From: a virus
Taxonomy: Duplodnaviria > Caudoviricetes
Virus record (IMG/VR): IMGVR_UViG_3300030330_000778
Location: 1-56,730 of that record
Reading direction: 5' to 3' (one strand)
DNA: 56,730 nt
Below are positions 10,349 through 19,801 of the stretch, piece after piece. Each line of letters begins with the position of its first letter. Position 1 is the first letter of the stretch. The notes under the pieces are model-generated. The model had not been told where the DNA came from, did no database searches, and saw nothing but the letters and a program-made list of their open reading frames with translations. The position numbers and the translations under genes are program-made.

Positions 10349-11557
10349 TTAAATCTTAATAATATAGTTTAGAATAATTGTTGGTTGTACGTTATTATGT
10401 GCTGATCCACTACCAGTAGTGCTAATAATATTATTAGTATCTCCTGTGGTTGTCTGATAACCGGGAAATGAATCTTCTCTATCAGTTTGTTCAGTAACAA
10501 GACTAAATCTAGTATTAGTAAGACCGGGGTCAGAATTATAAAATTTAGTAGCACCATGAGTATGTGTAGCAAGTTGAGCAGTAGTTAGAACATGTGTCTC
10601 AGCACCACCAGTTGCAGCAAGTGTGTCACCATCAACACCACCTGTTAGTCCTGTTAATCTATCAGCACTTGATCCACCCATATCATCTTGACCAGCAACA
10701 ACACGACCACGTAAATCAGGAAGATTAAAAGTAGATGATTCATCACCTGCACCATAAGTTGTGCTTATAACACCAAATAATGCAGAGTATGTAGAACGAC
10801 TTACTGCTTGACCAGAACATAGTAAAAATCCAGTAGGAGCAGAAGAACCGCCAAAAGGTACAATCGCACCAGTAGGCATAGCAACAATACCAGTTAAATT
10901 AGAACCATCACCATGAAAAGCAGAGGCACAAACTTTAGCATTTGCTGCTTGTACATTAGCACCTGCTATTGTAACTGTACCACTAAAAGTAGATCCTCCA
11001 CTTACTGCAAAATTACCACCTACTGCCATATCACTATTAGTAGATACCTGACCTTTAAATGTACCATTTCCTTCTACAGTTACAGTAGATTCAAATGTAG
11101 CTGCACCAGTTACAGTTAAAGAACTAAACTCTGTTGGAGCAACATTAAAAACACTTGTTCCATTAGTAATTACAAATTGATTTTCTGTTGGTCTTATTGT
11201 AACACCAGTATTACCAGCTACTTTTAATATAACATCTGCACCAGCAGAAGCATAAGATACAGAGTTACGTACTACATAACTTTTAGAATTATTAGGTATA
11301 AGAACATTAATTGTACTATGTGATCCACCAACACTTCCTTTAATTTCAAGAAATGCAGAACGAGCTTGATCACCACTACCTTGATTTTCTGTTAATGTAA
11401 CAGTAGCTGTTGTTCCTACTGATATAGTTGTATAACCAGCAACTGCATCATCAACAAGACTTATAACACCATTATTAAGAACTTGTCCCCAACTATTAGG
11501 ATTGTCTCCATCACCTTGTTTATTAAGTCTTAGGTTAGTGGTAAAAGTACTAGACAT
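10349..11557 (-). CDS. Short tail fibre with phage tail-collar domain
   Basis: PTGAIVPFGG..APTGFLLCSGQAVSR..Y..LF...TFNLPDLRGR. Confidence 0.85.
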   Translation of the reverse strand: MSSTFTTNLRLNKQGDGDNPNSWGQVLNNGVISLVDDAVAGYTTISVGTTATVTLTENQGSGDQARSAFLEIKGSVGGSHSTINVLIPNNSKSYVVRNSVSYASAGADVILKVAGNTGVTIRPTENQFVITNGTSVFNVAPTEFSSLTVTGAATFESTVTVEGNGTFKGQVSTNSDMAVGGNFAVSGGSTFSGTVTIAGANVQAANAKVCASAFHGDGSNLTGIVAMPTGAIVPFGGSSAPTGFLLCSGQAVSRSTYSALFGVISTTYGAGDESSTFNLPDLRGRVVAGQDDMGGSSADRLTGLTGGVDGDTLAATGGAETHVLTTAQLATHTHGATKFYNSDPGLTNTRFSLVTEQTDREDSFPGYQTTTGDTNNIISTTGSGSAHNNVQPTIILNYIIKI

Positions 11558-11568
11558 TTTATTTTCCT

Positions 11569-11847
11569 TTATGCTGCTGCTTGTGCATCCATTTTATTTT
11601 GATAATTAGTTTTTACATCACTTGTCCAAACTGCATTAGCAACATTTTGAACACGTTGTTGCTCTCCACTAATATTAGTATCACCCCAACTACCTCCAGT
11701 TTTTGTACTAGGATGAATAACATGACGAAAATACTCACGAGAAATTTCAGTTCCATCTCGTTTTATTACATTAGCTATTCGTATTTGAAGTGAACCATCT
11801 TCAATAACTTCAATTCTATCTACAACTGTTTCTTCTGTAAGTGCCAT
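11569..11847 (-). CDS. Tail-fibre-associated small protein (putative chaperone)
   Basis: MALTEETVVDRIEV..FRHV..AVWT type, between two fibre genes. Confidence 0.55.
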   Translation of the reverse strand: MALTEETVVDRIEVIEDGSLQIRIANVIKRDGTEISREYFRHVIHPSTKTGGSWGDTNISGEQQRVQNVANAVWTSDVKTNYQNKMDAQAAA

Positions 11848-11856
11848 AATATTTTC

Positions 11857-14679
11857 CTAAGTTGTTATATAAGTAAAAGCATGTGTTAAATATAATCCTG
11901 ATTGATTTTCTACTGCTACTTGACCCCAAGCTGCATTATCAGTAACACTATACATACCAACTGCTGTTCCAGAAATATATCCTACAACATAAGAGTTAGC
12001 TGGAAAGTCTACACCATACATCATTGGAGCACCTACTCCATAAGCTCCTACAGAATCAAAAGGTAAAGCTCCAAAAGATAGTTGTCCTGATTGACTAGAT
12101 AAAGTTACATTACTAAAATATACTTGAATAGTACATATTGAACCTACTTTTCTATACTTACCTGTTCCAGTAGCTGATCCAGTAGAACCTGTTCCAGTAG
12201 TTGATCCAAATAAAGTAGGAGTAAAATTTCCTTCTTCATAGTCATCTAAAAGATTAGCTGCTGTTGCAGAAGTAACACCAAGATAAATACCAGCATTTGA
12301 TGTTCCAAGAACAATATTACCAGTAAGTGTTACACCATCACTGGTAGTTTCTAATTTTTTAGAATTATTATGATAAAGTTCAACAGCCCCATCATCTATA
12401 AATTTAGCTAATGTTTCACCACTACCGTCAATATTTAAAGTACCTCCTGCTTCAATATGACCATCAGTGCCATCCCAATATAGTGCAAGATCATCTCCAG
12501 TTCCTAATAATATTTTATCATTATCTTGCATATCAAGATTATTATTAAGAGTTAAAACATCATTAATAGAAACAGTACTTTGTAGATGTGTAGCTCCTGC
12601 TATAGTTGTAGTTCCTCCTACAATTAATGCTCCACTTACAGATACGTCATCTTCAAACTCTGCTTTGCCTGTAGCTAAGAATGTACCACCTACAGATGTA
12701 TTTCCTGTAATGTTTAGAGTAGAACCAAGACTTACTGCACCACCTATTGTTGTTGTTCCTCCAATATTAACATTACCACTTACTGAAACATTACCATCAA
12801 ATGTAGTATTACCTGTGGTAAATAATGTACCACCTATAGAAACATTACCTGCTACATCTATATTTCCAGAAACTGATACACTGTCTTCAAATATAGCTGC
12901 TCCTGCTACAGTAACAGTACTATTAAGTTGAGAAGCACCTCCTACAACTAATGCACCTGATACTGATACGTCATCTTCAAATTCACCTTTACCAGTAGCT
13001 AAAAATGTTCCTCCTACTGATACATTACCAACTAAATTAGAATTACCACTTACACATATATCACTATCAAACTCTACTTTATCTCCAAATGTTTTATTAA
13101 TAAGAGTATTAGTTGTAGATGTTCCTACAAGAGTAACAGTTGTATTAGGAAGAGTAATTGTTATATTACCAGCATAAGAAGCATGAGGTGGAGATCTTAA
13201 TTCTGCATAATGAGCATTATTTGATTCACAATAAAATCTAATATTAGCAGGATCAGATGCACTTGTTTTAATTGTTATACGTCCACCTGATACAGATATT
13301 TCACCACCAACTGTTAAAGCACTTACAGATACATCACCTTCTATAGATGTTGTAACACCAGATAAGTTAGATCCATCACCATAGTAAGCACTAGCACATA
13401 CTCTAGCATTTGCTGCTTGTACATTATTACCAGCAATAGTTACAGTGCTTAAAAAGTTTGCAGCACCTCCTACACTTAATGTAGAAGCAAGACTTACTGC
13501 TCCTCCTATAGTTACAGTTCCACCAAAGTTACTATTACCACTTACTGAAACATCATCTTCAAATTCAGCTTTACCTGTAGTAATTAATGTTCCACCCACA
13601 GAAGTATTACCAGTAATATCTAAAGTGCTTCCCAAACTTGTAGCACCAGCTATTGTAACAGTACTTGCAAAATTAGTAGCACCTGCTACACTAAGAGTGG
13701 ATGCAAGACTCACTGCCCCTGCTATGGTAGTAGTTCCTCCAATTCTAAGATTACCTGATACTGAAACATCATTTTTAAATGTAGAAGAACCTACTGCATT
13801 AAATGTACCACTTACAGAAACTGCACCTCCAACATTTATAAATCCAGATACAGATATATTTGTTGTAACACCTAGTTGTGCTTCTACATTAGTTAAATTA
13901 GATCCATCACCATAAAATGCAGAAGCACATACTTTAGCATTAGTAGCTTGAATATTTGTACCTGCTATTGTAACTGAACCTCCTACATTTAAACCTCCTG
14001 ATACTGATACAGCATCTTTAAATTTAGCAAGACCTCCTATACATGCAGAGGTAGCTACATCTAATCTACCACTTACAGAAACATCATTATCAAATGTAGC
14101 TTTAGATGTAAATGTACTTGCACCTGCCACATTAAATGTACCACTAACAGATACATTATTATTAAATATAGCTGCACCCTCTACGGTTACTGTGCTACCA
14201 AAGTTAGCTGCTCCTGATACAGATACATCATCTTTAAATACAGCTTTACCTTCTACAGTTACAGTAGAACCAAAGTTTGCTGCGCCACCCACAGTAACAG
14301 TTGATTTTAAATGTGTAGCTCCTACTATAGTTGCGGTACTAGATACTTGTAATGTACCACCTACTACTGCATTACTAACTGATATATTACCTGCTATTAC
14401 AGCAGTAACACCTGTTATATTTGAACCATCACCATAAAATGCAGAAGCACATACTCTATTATCTACATGAAGATTATTATCAAGAGAAACAGAACCAGCA
14501 ACTCCTAAAGCACCACTAACTTGCACAGCATTAGTTGCAACTTTAAGTGCTGTATTAGTACCATCTCCTGTTTGTATAGGTTTAAGAGATGTGCTCACAC
14601 CTTCATTACTAACAGCAGAACTTACAAGTATAAGCTGTTTATAAGTATTTGAAATAAGTCTTCCTGTTAAATCTGTCAT
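11857..14679 (-). CDS. Long repetitive tail fibre
   Basis: Many VSVSG/STVTV repeats, three CASA(F/Y)YGDGSN motifs, LDDYEEG C-terminal domain. Confidence 0.85.
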   Translation of the reverse strand: MTDLTGRLISNTYKQLILVSSAVSNEGVSTSLKPIQTGDGTNTALKVATNAVQVSGALGVAGSVSLDNNLHVDNRVCASAFYGDGSNITGVTAVIAGNISVSNAVVGGTLQVSSTATIVGATHLKSTVTVGGAANFGSTVTVEGKAVFKDDVSVSGAANFGSTVTVEGAAIFNNNVSVSGTFNVAGASTFTSKATFDNDVSVSGRLDVATSACIGGLAKFKDAVSVSGGLNVGGSVTIAGTNIQATNAKVCASAFYGDGSNLTNVEAQLGVTTNISVSGFINVGGAVSVSGTFNAVGSSTFKNDVSVSGNLRIGGTTTIAGAVSLASTLSVAGATNFASTVTIAGATSLGSTLDITGNTSVGGTLITTGKAEFEDDVSVSGNSNFGGTVTIGGAVSLASTLSVGGAANFLSTVTIAGNNVQAANARVCASAYYGDGSNLSGVTTSIEGDVSVSALTVGGEISVSGGRITIKTSASDPANIRFYCESNNAHYAELRSPPHASYAGNITITLPNTTVTLVGTSTTNTLINKTFGDKVEFDSDICVSGNSNLVGNVSVGGTFLATGKGEFEDDVSVSGALVVGGASQLNSTVTVAGAAIFEDSVSVSGNIDVAGNVSIGGTLFTTGNTTFDGNVSVSGNVNIGGTTTIGGAVSLGSTLNITGNTSVGGTFLATGKAEFEDDVSVSGALIVGGTTTIAGATHLQSTVSINDVLTLNNNLDMQDNDKILLGTGDDLALYWDGTDGHIEAGGTLNIDGSGETLAKFIDDGAVELYHNNSKKLETTSDGVTLTGNIVLGTSNAGIYLGVTSATAANLLDDYEEGNFTPTLFGSTTGTGSTGSATGTGKYRKVGSICTIQVYFSNVTLSSQSGQLSFGALPFDSVGAYGVGAPMMYGVDFPANSYVVGYISGTAVGMYSVTDNAAWGQVAVENQSGLYLTHAFTYITT

Positions 14680-14951
14680 ATTAATTGCCAATACTGTTCT
14701 GTTGAATCATATGTACTTGTTGCTTGATCCCATGTTAAATTTCTTCCTGTATCATCTGGTCTTGGATTTAGTATAGAAGGATTATCTCTAACATCAGGTA
14801 CTTTATTTTGTGGATGATTTTTTAAATCGTATTGTCCTTCATAATCTTCTGGACATACTAACATACCATAGCTATTCATTCTCATTTGACGATGTGGATA
14901 AACAAACCCACAAATATCACACATAGCTAAAGCATTTTTAGTACTTGCCAT
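14676..14951 (-). CDS. Conserved small Cys-containing phage protein
   Basis: CDICGF...LVCPED...KNHPQ..NPRPD. Confidence 0.6.
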   Translation of the reverse strand: MASTKNALAMCDICGFVYPHRQMRMNSYGMLVCPEDYEGQYDLKNHPQNKVPDVRDNPSILNPRPDDTGRNLTWDQATSTYDSTEQYWQLI

Positions 14952-15625
14952 TAAATATATCCTAACCTTGGAACTACATGCATAGAAGCTCTCTGTCTAT
15001 CTTCCTGCATAGCTCTTGCAAGAAGTTCTTCATAATTAAGTTTTAAAAATTGTATTTTATCTGCTGCAACACCGGGACGTTTCATTGACATATAATAAGA
15101 AAGACCCATTGTTAAACATGGTAAAAATCTTTTAGGTACATCAGCATTTTGTATTGCTGATTTATTTACATCTTGTAATTCTTTTACTAATTCTAATTTA
15201 AGAACATCAGTTGAATTATCTGGTAGAGGCCACACACGTAAAACAGGATTGTCTCTTTCTCTACGAATAGAGTATTGATTAGGTCTACCTGTTTGTGTTT
15301 TATTTGGTATAAGTAAATATTCTTCTGAGCTAATTCTTTCTAATTGTAAATCTGTATCATCTCTATTAATAACAACCTCAAGAGCATCTACAGTAGAACT
15401 ATCTAATGAATATGTAGCAGTGCTTGCTGTTACGGTTAAAGAAGAAACAGATGTGCTCCAAAGCATTACACCACGATTTTGCCAATCTTTAAGCATAAGA
15501 TTAATAGAACGTCTAGCAGATGCTGGCTCATTACCAAGCGTACTTTCACCACCAATCATCTCTGTAGCTTCTTGAATAACTTCATCTATATCTAGATTAA
15601 AGTTATATGTTCCTGACACTGCCAT
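14951..15625 (-). CDS. Tail tubular A / head-tail adaptor-like protein
   Basis: SARRSINL..WQNRG, GRP..Y, WPLPD motifs. Confidence 0.65.
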   Translation of the reverse strand: MAVSGTYNFNLDIDEVIQEATEMIGGESTLGNEPASARRSINLMLKDWQNRGVMLWSTSVSSLTVTASTATYSLDSSTVDALEVVINRDDTDLQLERISSEEYLLIPNKTQTGRPNQYSIRRERDNPVLRVWPLPDNSTDVLKLELVKELQDVNKSAIQNADVPKRFLPCLTMGLSYYMSMKRPGVAADKIQFLKLNYEELLARAMQEDRQRASMHVVPRLGYI

Positions 15626-15915
15626 TATTTCTTAGTCCTTCTTCTTACGGCTTTCTTTCTTTTTTTGAAAGTCCTGACCATTGTGGGCTTGCCTTTTACT
15701 CCTTGTGCTTTCGCTCTCTTCCTTGCAACAGCACTCTTGATCTGACCTTTGGTCATGCGTTTCGCAGTAGCTCTTGGTACGCATTTTGGATACTTCCTTT
15801 TGCTAGTTTTAGTAGACTTACGACCACAGGCTTGGAACTTGCCCTTTTTCTTTGGAGCACCAATATCAACCCAATCACCCTTTGGGCCTTTTCCAAACCA
15901 GTCTTTTAGGCTCAT
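15625..15915 (-). CDS. Small highly basic protein
   Basis: K/R-rich; WF..WVDI..CGR..YPKCVP motif. Confidence 0.7.
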   Translation of the reverse strand: MSLKDWFGKGPKGDWVDIGAPKKKGKFQACGRKSTKTSKRKYPKCVPRATAKRMTKGQIKSAVARKRAKAQGVKGKPTMVRTFKKRKKAVRRRTKK

Positions 15916-16094
15916 GCGTAACCACCACCACGTTTCTTATAGGTTCTAACTAGCCATGCATTTGCATATGCTGAAGGGTATACCTTGAACTTACGTTTAG
16001 CCTCTGACTTTACTCTTGCATAGAGACTAGGATTAGTTGGTCTAGGTGATCCTTTTTTTCTTTTTGTTTTTGGCTTTGCTCTTTTGATTGCCAT
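15912..16094 (-). CDS. Small highly basic protein
   Basis: K/R-rich; PSAYAN..YKKRGGGY. Confidence 0.7.
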   Translation of the reverse strand: MAIKRAKPKTKRKKGSPRPTNPSLYARVKSEAKRKFKVYPSAYANAWLVRTYKKRGGGYA

Positions 16095-16365
16095 CTTTTA
16101 ATACCTTTTTTGCTCGTTTAGCTATTTTTACAACTTCATTCTTACCCATTACTTTTGCACGTTGTTCCATAACTGTAAGTATTTGTATTTTACGTGCATA
16201 AGGTTTCTTAACTCGTTTAACTTTAGCTACAGTAGCTCTTGCATCTGCTGGAGTAGCAAACTTTATACTGACTGTATCTTTTGGATTTTCATCAGTATAA
16301 AGTCTACGTCCAGAGCCTTTAGGTTTTTTACCTGTTCCTACTTTTGGATCTTTTCTTTTTACCAT
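16042..16365 (-). CDS. Small highly basic protein
   Basis: GTGKKPKGSGRRLYTDENPKDTV motif. Confidence 0.7.
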   Translation of the reverse strand: MVKRKDPKVGTGKKPKGSGRRLYTDENPKDTVSIKFATPADARATVAKVKRVKKPYARKIQILTVMEQRAKVMGKNEVVKIAKRAKKVLKDGNQKSKAKNKKKKRIT

Positions 16366-16471
16366 TACCTAAAACTTTCTTTAATGTTTTAGCTTGTCCT
16401 GCATGTAGTTTAGAGGCTTTTTTTAAACCTTTAATAACCTTTTTAACTTTAGCTCTATTTCCTGTTTTCAT
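16328..16471 (-). CDS. 47-aa K-rich microprotein (below ORF-track cutoff)
   Basis: MKTGNRAKVKKVIKGLKKASKLHAGQAKTLKKVLGNGKKKRSKSRNR; fills the operon gap. Confidence 0.6.
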   Translation of the reverse strand: MKTGNRAKVKKVIKGLKKASKLHAGQAKTLKKVLGNGKKKRSKSRNR

Positions 16472-16473
16472 AG

Positions 16474-16626
16474 TTAACGCCTAGCTCGTCCACCGCCACG
16501 CCTACGAACTGCCCCACCACGACTACGTGTTTTAGTCATCATACGACCACCTCCTTTACGAGTACGTGTCTTGCTCATCATGCGGCCACCACCCATACGT
16601 CTAACTTTGCTTCTTCCTTTTGCCAT
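16474..16626 (-). CDS. 50-aa protamine-like R/G-rich microprotein (below ORF-track cutoff)
   Basis: MAKGRSKVRRMGGGRMMSKTRTRKGGGRMMTKTRSRGGAVRRRGGGRARR; AAGGAGGAG SD upstream. Confidence 0.75.
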   Translation of the reverse strand: MAKGRSKVRRMGGGRMMSKTRTRKGGGRMMTKTRSRGGAVRRRGGGRARR

Positions 16627-17293
16627 TGGATTTCTCCTCCTTTGCATATAAGTTATTAAAAGTAATATTAGGATTCATATAACTATCATCTATTTCTGCT
16701 GAATGAATATACTGACTAGGTACAAAATCTGGTGCTCCTTCTCCAGTCTCCCATAAAGCAGGGTTTGTTACTCTCACTCTATTGTTAGGTAATGCTACAA
16801 TATTACCTGTAAATTCACCAGCATCTATCAACTCTAACACATGTGATTGTTTATGTTGTGCTGGATCATCAGATATATGACTATCAGTATAATCAACTGT
16901 AAACATATATCTACCTGTATAAAACTCTCCATTTATTTTACAAAGCCAAGGACTAGAAGATGTTCTATCCATAACTATTACACTGTGATTTCTAGCAGAA
17001 CAATCCCAAGGTTGTACAAAATGTGTTGGCATTTGATTAGGCCATTCTTCTAATGGTGTATCAGCTACTAAAGCATTAATTGGCATCCTAGCCCACATTG
17101 CTCCACCAGATGTATTTTCTTTTTCATCACAACCTGTAAATACAATTTGAAAACTTAATGATCTGTCTGGTATTGTATTTACGGCTATTGCCATTGCATG
17201 TAAATATTCTCCGTGATATTGTTCATGATTATATGTAAACTCTTTACGCACCCAACATTTAAAATGAGGGATGTTTGATATTAAGTAGGACAT
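16601..17293 (-). CDS. Conserved hypothetical protein embedded in the basic-protein cluster
   Basis: 230 aa globular; GAMWARMP, QPWDC, HKQSH, PNNR motifs. Confidence 0.7.
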   Translation of the reverse strand: MSYLISNIPHFKCWVRKEFTYNHEQYHGEYLHAMAIAVNTIPDRSLSFQIVFTGCDEKENTSGGAMWARMPINALVADTPLEEWPNQMPTHFVQPWDCSARNHSVIVMDRTSSSPWLCKINGEFYTGRYMFTVDYTDSHISDDPAQHKQSHVLELIDAGEFTGNIVALPNNRVRVTNPALWETGEGAPDFVPSQYIHSAEIDDSYMNPNITFNNLYAKEEKSNGKRKKQS

Positions 17294-17299
17294 TTAATT

Positions 17300-17605
17300 T
17301 TAGCATCTCCATCTTCTACGTGCTTGTCTCAAGCGGCTATTAGGATTCTTAGCTGCTTTTGGAAATTTCTTCATTTGCCCTGCTGACCTTGCACAGAAAG
17401 ATTTACGTCTTGCTGCTCTTTTTGCTGTTCTAGGTTTTGATTCTGTTACGGCTGTCTTTAATTTAGAACCGGGATTCTTACGTCTGTATGCGGCTACACC
17501 TTTAGCAGTCATACCTGCACCAGTTTTAGTAGGACGTTTATGACCACCTTTAATGGTCAATCCTTTCATACCTGTCCCTTTTCTTTTTCGTTTACGTACA
17601 GCCAT
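17300..17605 (-). CDS. Small highly basic protein
   Basis: NPGSKLK...RRKSFCAR...ARRRWRC. Confidence 0.75.
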   Translation of the reverse strand: MAVRKRKRKGTGMKGLTIKGGHKRPTKTGAGMTAKGVAAYRRKNPGSKLKTAVTESKPRTAKRAARRKSFCARSAGQMKKFPKAAKNPNSRLRQARRRWRC

Positions 17606-17606
17606 T

Positions 17607-17786
17607 CTATACCTTTACATAAGTATTTTTAAATTTCTTTACTAAAAATTCACACAAATCAGCCCAATATTTTTTCCATTCTTTTGTACACTCTTCACAA
17701 TTACAATCTATTTTAAAATTATAATCTCTTTTATGAGGTCTAAGTCCACTATAATCTATTTTAGAACTATCTACTTTATAAGCCAT
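17607..17786 (-). CDS. 59-aa hypothetical protein (below cutoff)
   Basis: MAYKVDSSKIDYSGLRPH...; fills the gap exactly. Confidence 0.55.
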   Translation of the reverse strand: MAYKVDSSKIDYSGLRPHKRDYNFKIDCNCEECTKEWKKYWADLCEFLVKKFKNTYVKV

Positions 17787-19243
17787 TATATAAATTTATC
17801 TGAATAAGTAGCCTTACCAAAACCTTTTACAGCTTGACCTACACCACGAACTTTACCTCCCACATTACGTTTTACTTTACCACCTGCTTTATACTCTTCT
17901 GGTTCTTCAAAAGCAGAATCACTGGTATCAAAAGTTACATTACCAAAAGGTGTTTTAACTAGACGTTTTTTACCTTCTAGTCCTTCTTTTCCTCTTAGTC
18001 CTACAGCACCTTTTACCATTTCACCAAAAGACATTGCTTCATCTTTTTTAGATTTTACATCAAAAGGATCTGAAGAAGATTGATTTGACGGTTTTGTTCC
18101 TGTTGGCATATCTGGTTTATAACTTTGAATTTTAGGTTTTCTTTTAGGTGTAGGAGGGGCTGCTTTTGTTTCTTTTTTCTTATCTCTTGTTGCAAGATAT
18201 GCACCTCCAGCAACTAGAGGAGTTCCAAATAACATAGCTTTTTGAACTTTACTCATTCCAGTTGTAGCAGCATTTTGACTTTTATTTACTTTTTTTTGTG
18301 AAGTTTTTTTAATTTTAGATGCTGGTGGTTTCTTAGTTGTTGAAGTTTTTTTAACTTTAGATGAAGTTTTATTTAATGCTCTTTTTGCTTTTTCTAGCTG
18401 TCCAGCATCTTGACTTTTATTTACTTTTTTTTGTGGAGTTTTTTTAACTTTAGGTGGAGTTTTATTTTTAGCTCTATTCAGTGCATTAAGTGATTGTTTA
18501 TTTTTTCTTTGCGCTAATTTTTTAGCTTTTGCACCAGCTCCTTTTTGACTTCTTAGAGCTTTTAAAAGAGCCTTACCAGCCACACCTAAACCTCTACCAG
18601 CAATAGCAAGACCACCACCACCAATACCACTAGCAACTAACATACCAAATCGTTTTTCAAATGTTCTACGTGAGTCTCGATCTAATTTTGCAGTAGTATC
18701 TGCACCAATTTTCTGAGCTTCTGCTCTACTTTTACCTTCATTTAAAGCCTTAGTAGTAGCTCTTAGTCCTGCTTGAACAGCCCTATTTTCTGCTGGTGTT
18801 CCTGTAATAGTGCGTTCTGTTTTTCTTGTTTGATCTCTTCTATTCATAGGTTTTCTCTCAATTTGTTTAGCTGATTGTCCTAATTCTTTGCGAACTTTTT
18901 TAATATAATTTTTTGTTTCTAGTGGTAATTTTTTTTCACCTCTAAGAAATTTATCAGCATTACCCGGACCAAAGTTATAAGCAATTAAAGCTGCATCTAA
19001 ATTTCCGGGGTATCTTTTACGCATTGCTTTTAAATATTCACGACCAACTCTCTCTAATTCACTAAGTTTAAAGCTTCCATCTTTATTTCTTCCAGCAGGT
19101 TTAATCTTAAATCCCGGTTGTGCTGCTGTTGCTGGCATGACTTGCATCGTACCCCGAGCACCTTTAGGACTTACAGCATTAGGATCACCACCACTTTCAA
19201 CTTGCATAACGGCTTTTTGAAGTAAACGATCACTAATAGCCAT
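17786..19243 (-). CDS. Virion lytic transglycosylase (SLT domain) with long K-rich tail
   Basis: QVESGG.P.AVSPKGARGTMQVMP, ALIAYNFGPG, ETKNYI. Confidence 0.88.
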   Translation of the reverse strand: MAISDRLLQKAVMQVESGGDPNAVSPKGARGTMQVMPATAAQPGFKIKPAGRNKDGSFKLSELERVGREYLKAMRKRYPGNLDAALIAYNFGPGNADKFLRGEKKLPLETKNYIKKVRKELGQSAKQIERKPMNRRDQTRKTERTITGTPAENRAVQAGLRATTKALNEGKSRAEAQKIGADTTAKLDRDSRRTFEKRFGMLVASGIGGGGLAIAGRGLGVAGKALLKALRSQKGAGAKAKKLAQRKNKQSLNALNRAKNKTPPKVKKTPQKKVNKSQDAGQLEKAKRALNKTSSKVKKTSTTKKPPASKIKKTSQKKVNKSQNAATTGMSKVQKAMLFGTPLVAGGAYLATRDKKKETKAAPPTPKRKPKIQSYKPDMPTGTKPSNQSSSDPFDVKSKKDEAMSFGEMVKGAVGLRGKEGLEGKKRLVKTPFGNVTFDTSDSAFEEPEEYKAGGKVKRNVGGKVRGVGQAVKGFGKATYSDKFI

Positions 19244-19245
19244 AA

Positions 19246-19422
19246 TTAATTCTCCACCTTAAAAGATTTACCTTGAGTATAGTCTTCATCTACTACAACA
19301 TCTTGAGGTGGTCCTTTTACATCTGGACCTTTACGTGCAGCACCATAGCCTTGTCCAGTAGGTCTACCTACAATATCATCTAAATCATATGGACGTTTAA
19401 TTAGTGTATGAGGTCCAATCAT
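19246..19422 (-). CDS. 58-aa hypothetical protein (below cutoff)
   Basis: MIGPHTLIKRPYDLDDIVGRPTGQGYGAARKGP...; GAGGAG SD. Confidence 0.6.
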   Translation of the reverse strand: MIGPHTLIKRPYDLDDIVGRPTGQGYGAARKGPDVKGPPQDVVVDEDYTQGKSFKVEN

Positions 19423-19499
19423 TTCTTTCTCCTCTTTTTCTTTCGTTTCTTTTTAGGTGGTTTAGTCACCTGTTGTTTAATACTTGATCTACTAATCAT
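19419..19499 (-). CDS. 26-aa basic micropeptide (below cutoff)
   Basis: MISRSSIKQQVTKPPKKKRKKKRRKK; overlaps both neighbours. Confidence 0.45.
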   Translation of the reverse strand: MISRSSIKQQVTKPPKKKRKKKRRKK

Positions 19500-19791
19500 C
19501 ATACATCATAGATACAATTTGACCACCAGTCATAGCAGAAACTATTCTACCACCTTTTTTTGCATATCCCATTTTATTAACTGTGTCTGGACTTTCTTTT
19601 TTTAAAGCTGCCAGCCCCGGTTGTGTTTCAGGATCAATAGGTTTTAAAGCTCCACCAGCTTGACGTTTTACTTTAGGTAATTGTTTCTTTTTTTCATCTT
19701 TTTCAGGTATTTTTTTTGGAGCACGAGTAATAGGATCAGTCTTTGGAGTTAAATCATCAAATAATTTTTTAACTTTTTTCTTTTTAGCCAT
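19492..19791 (-). CDS. Small basic protein with repeated GG motifs
   Basis: AGGAGAG SD before MAKKKK; RQAGGAL, AKKGGRI, AMTGGQI. Confidence 0.65.
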   Translation of the reverse strand: MAKKKKVKKLFDDLTPKTDPITRAPKKIPEKDEKKKQLPKVKRQAGGALKPIDPETQPGLAALKKESPDTVNKMGYAKKGGRIVSAMTGGQIVSMMYDD

Positions 19792-19801
19792 AATAACTCT
19801 C

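Noticed and set aside
12467-14437. Plus-strand ORFs within the tail fibre (154, 156, 81 aa)
   Set aside because: Antisense shadows of a repetitive coding strand
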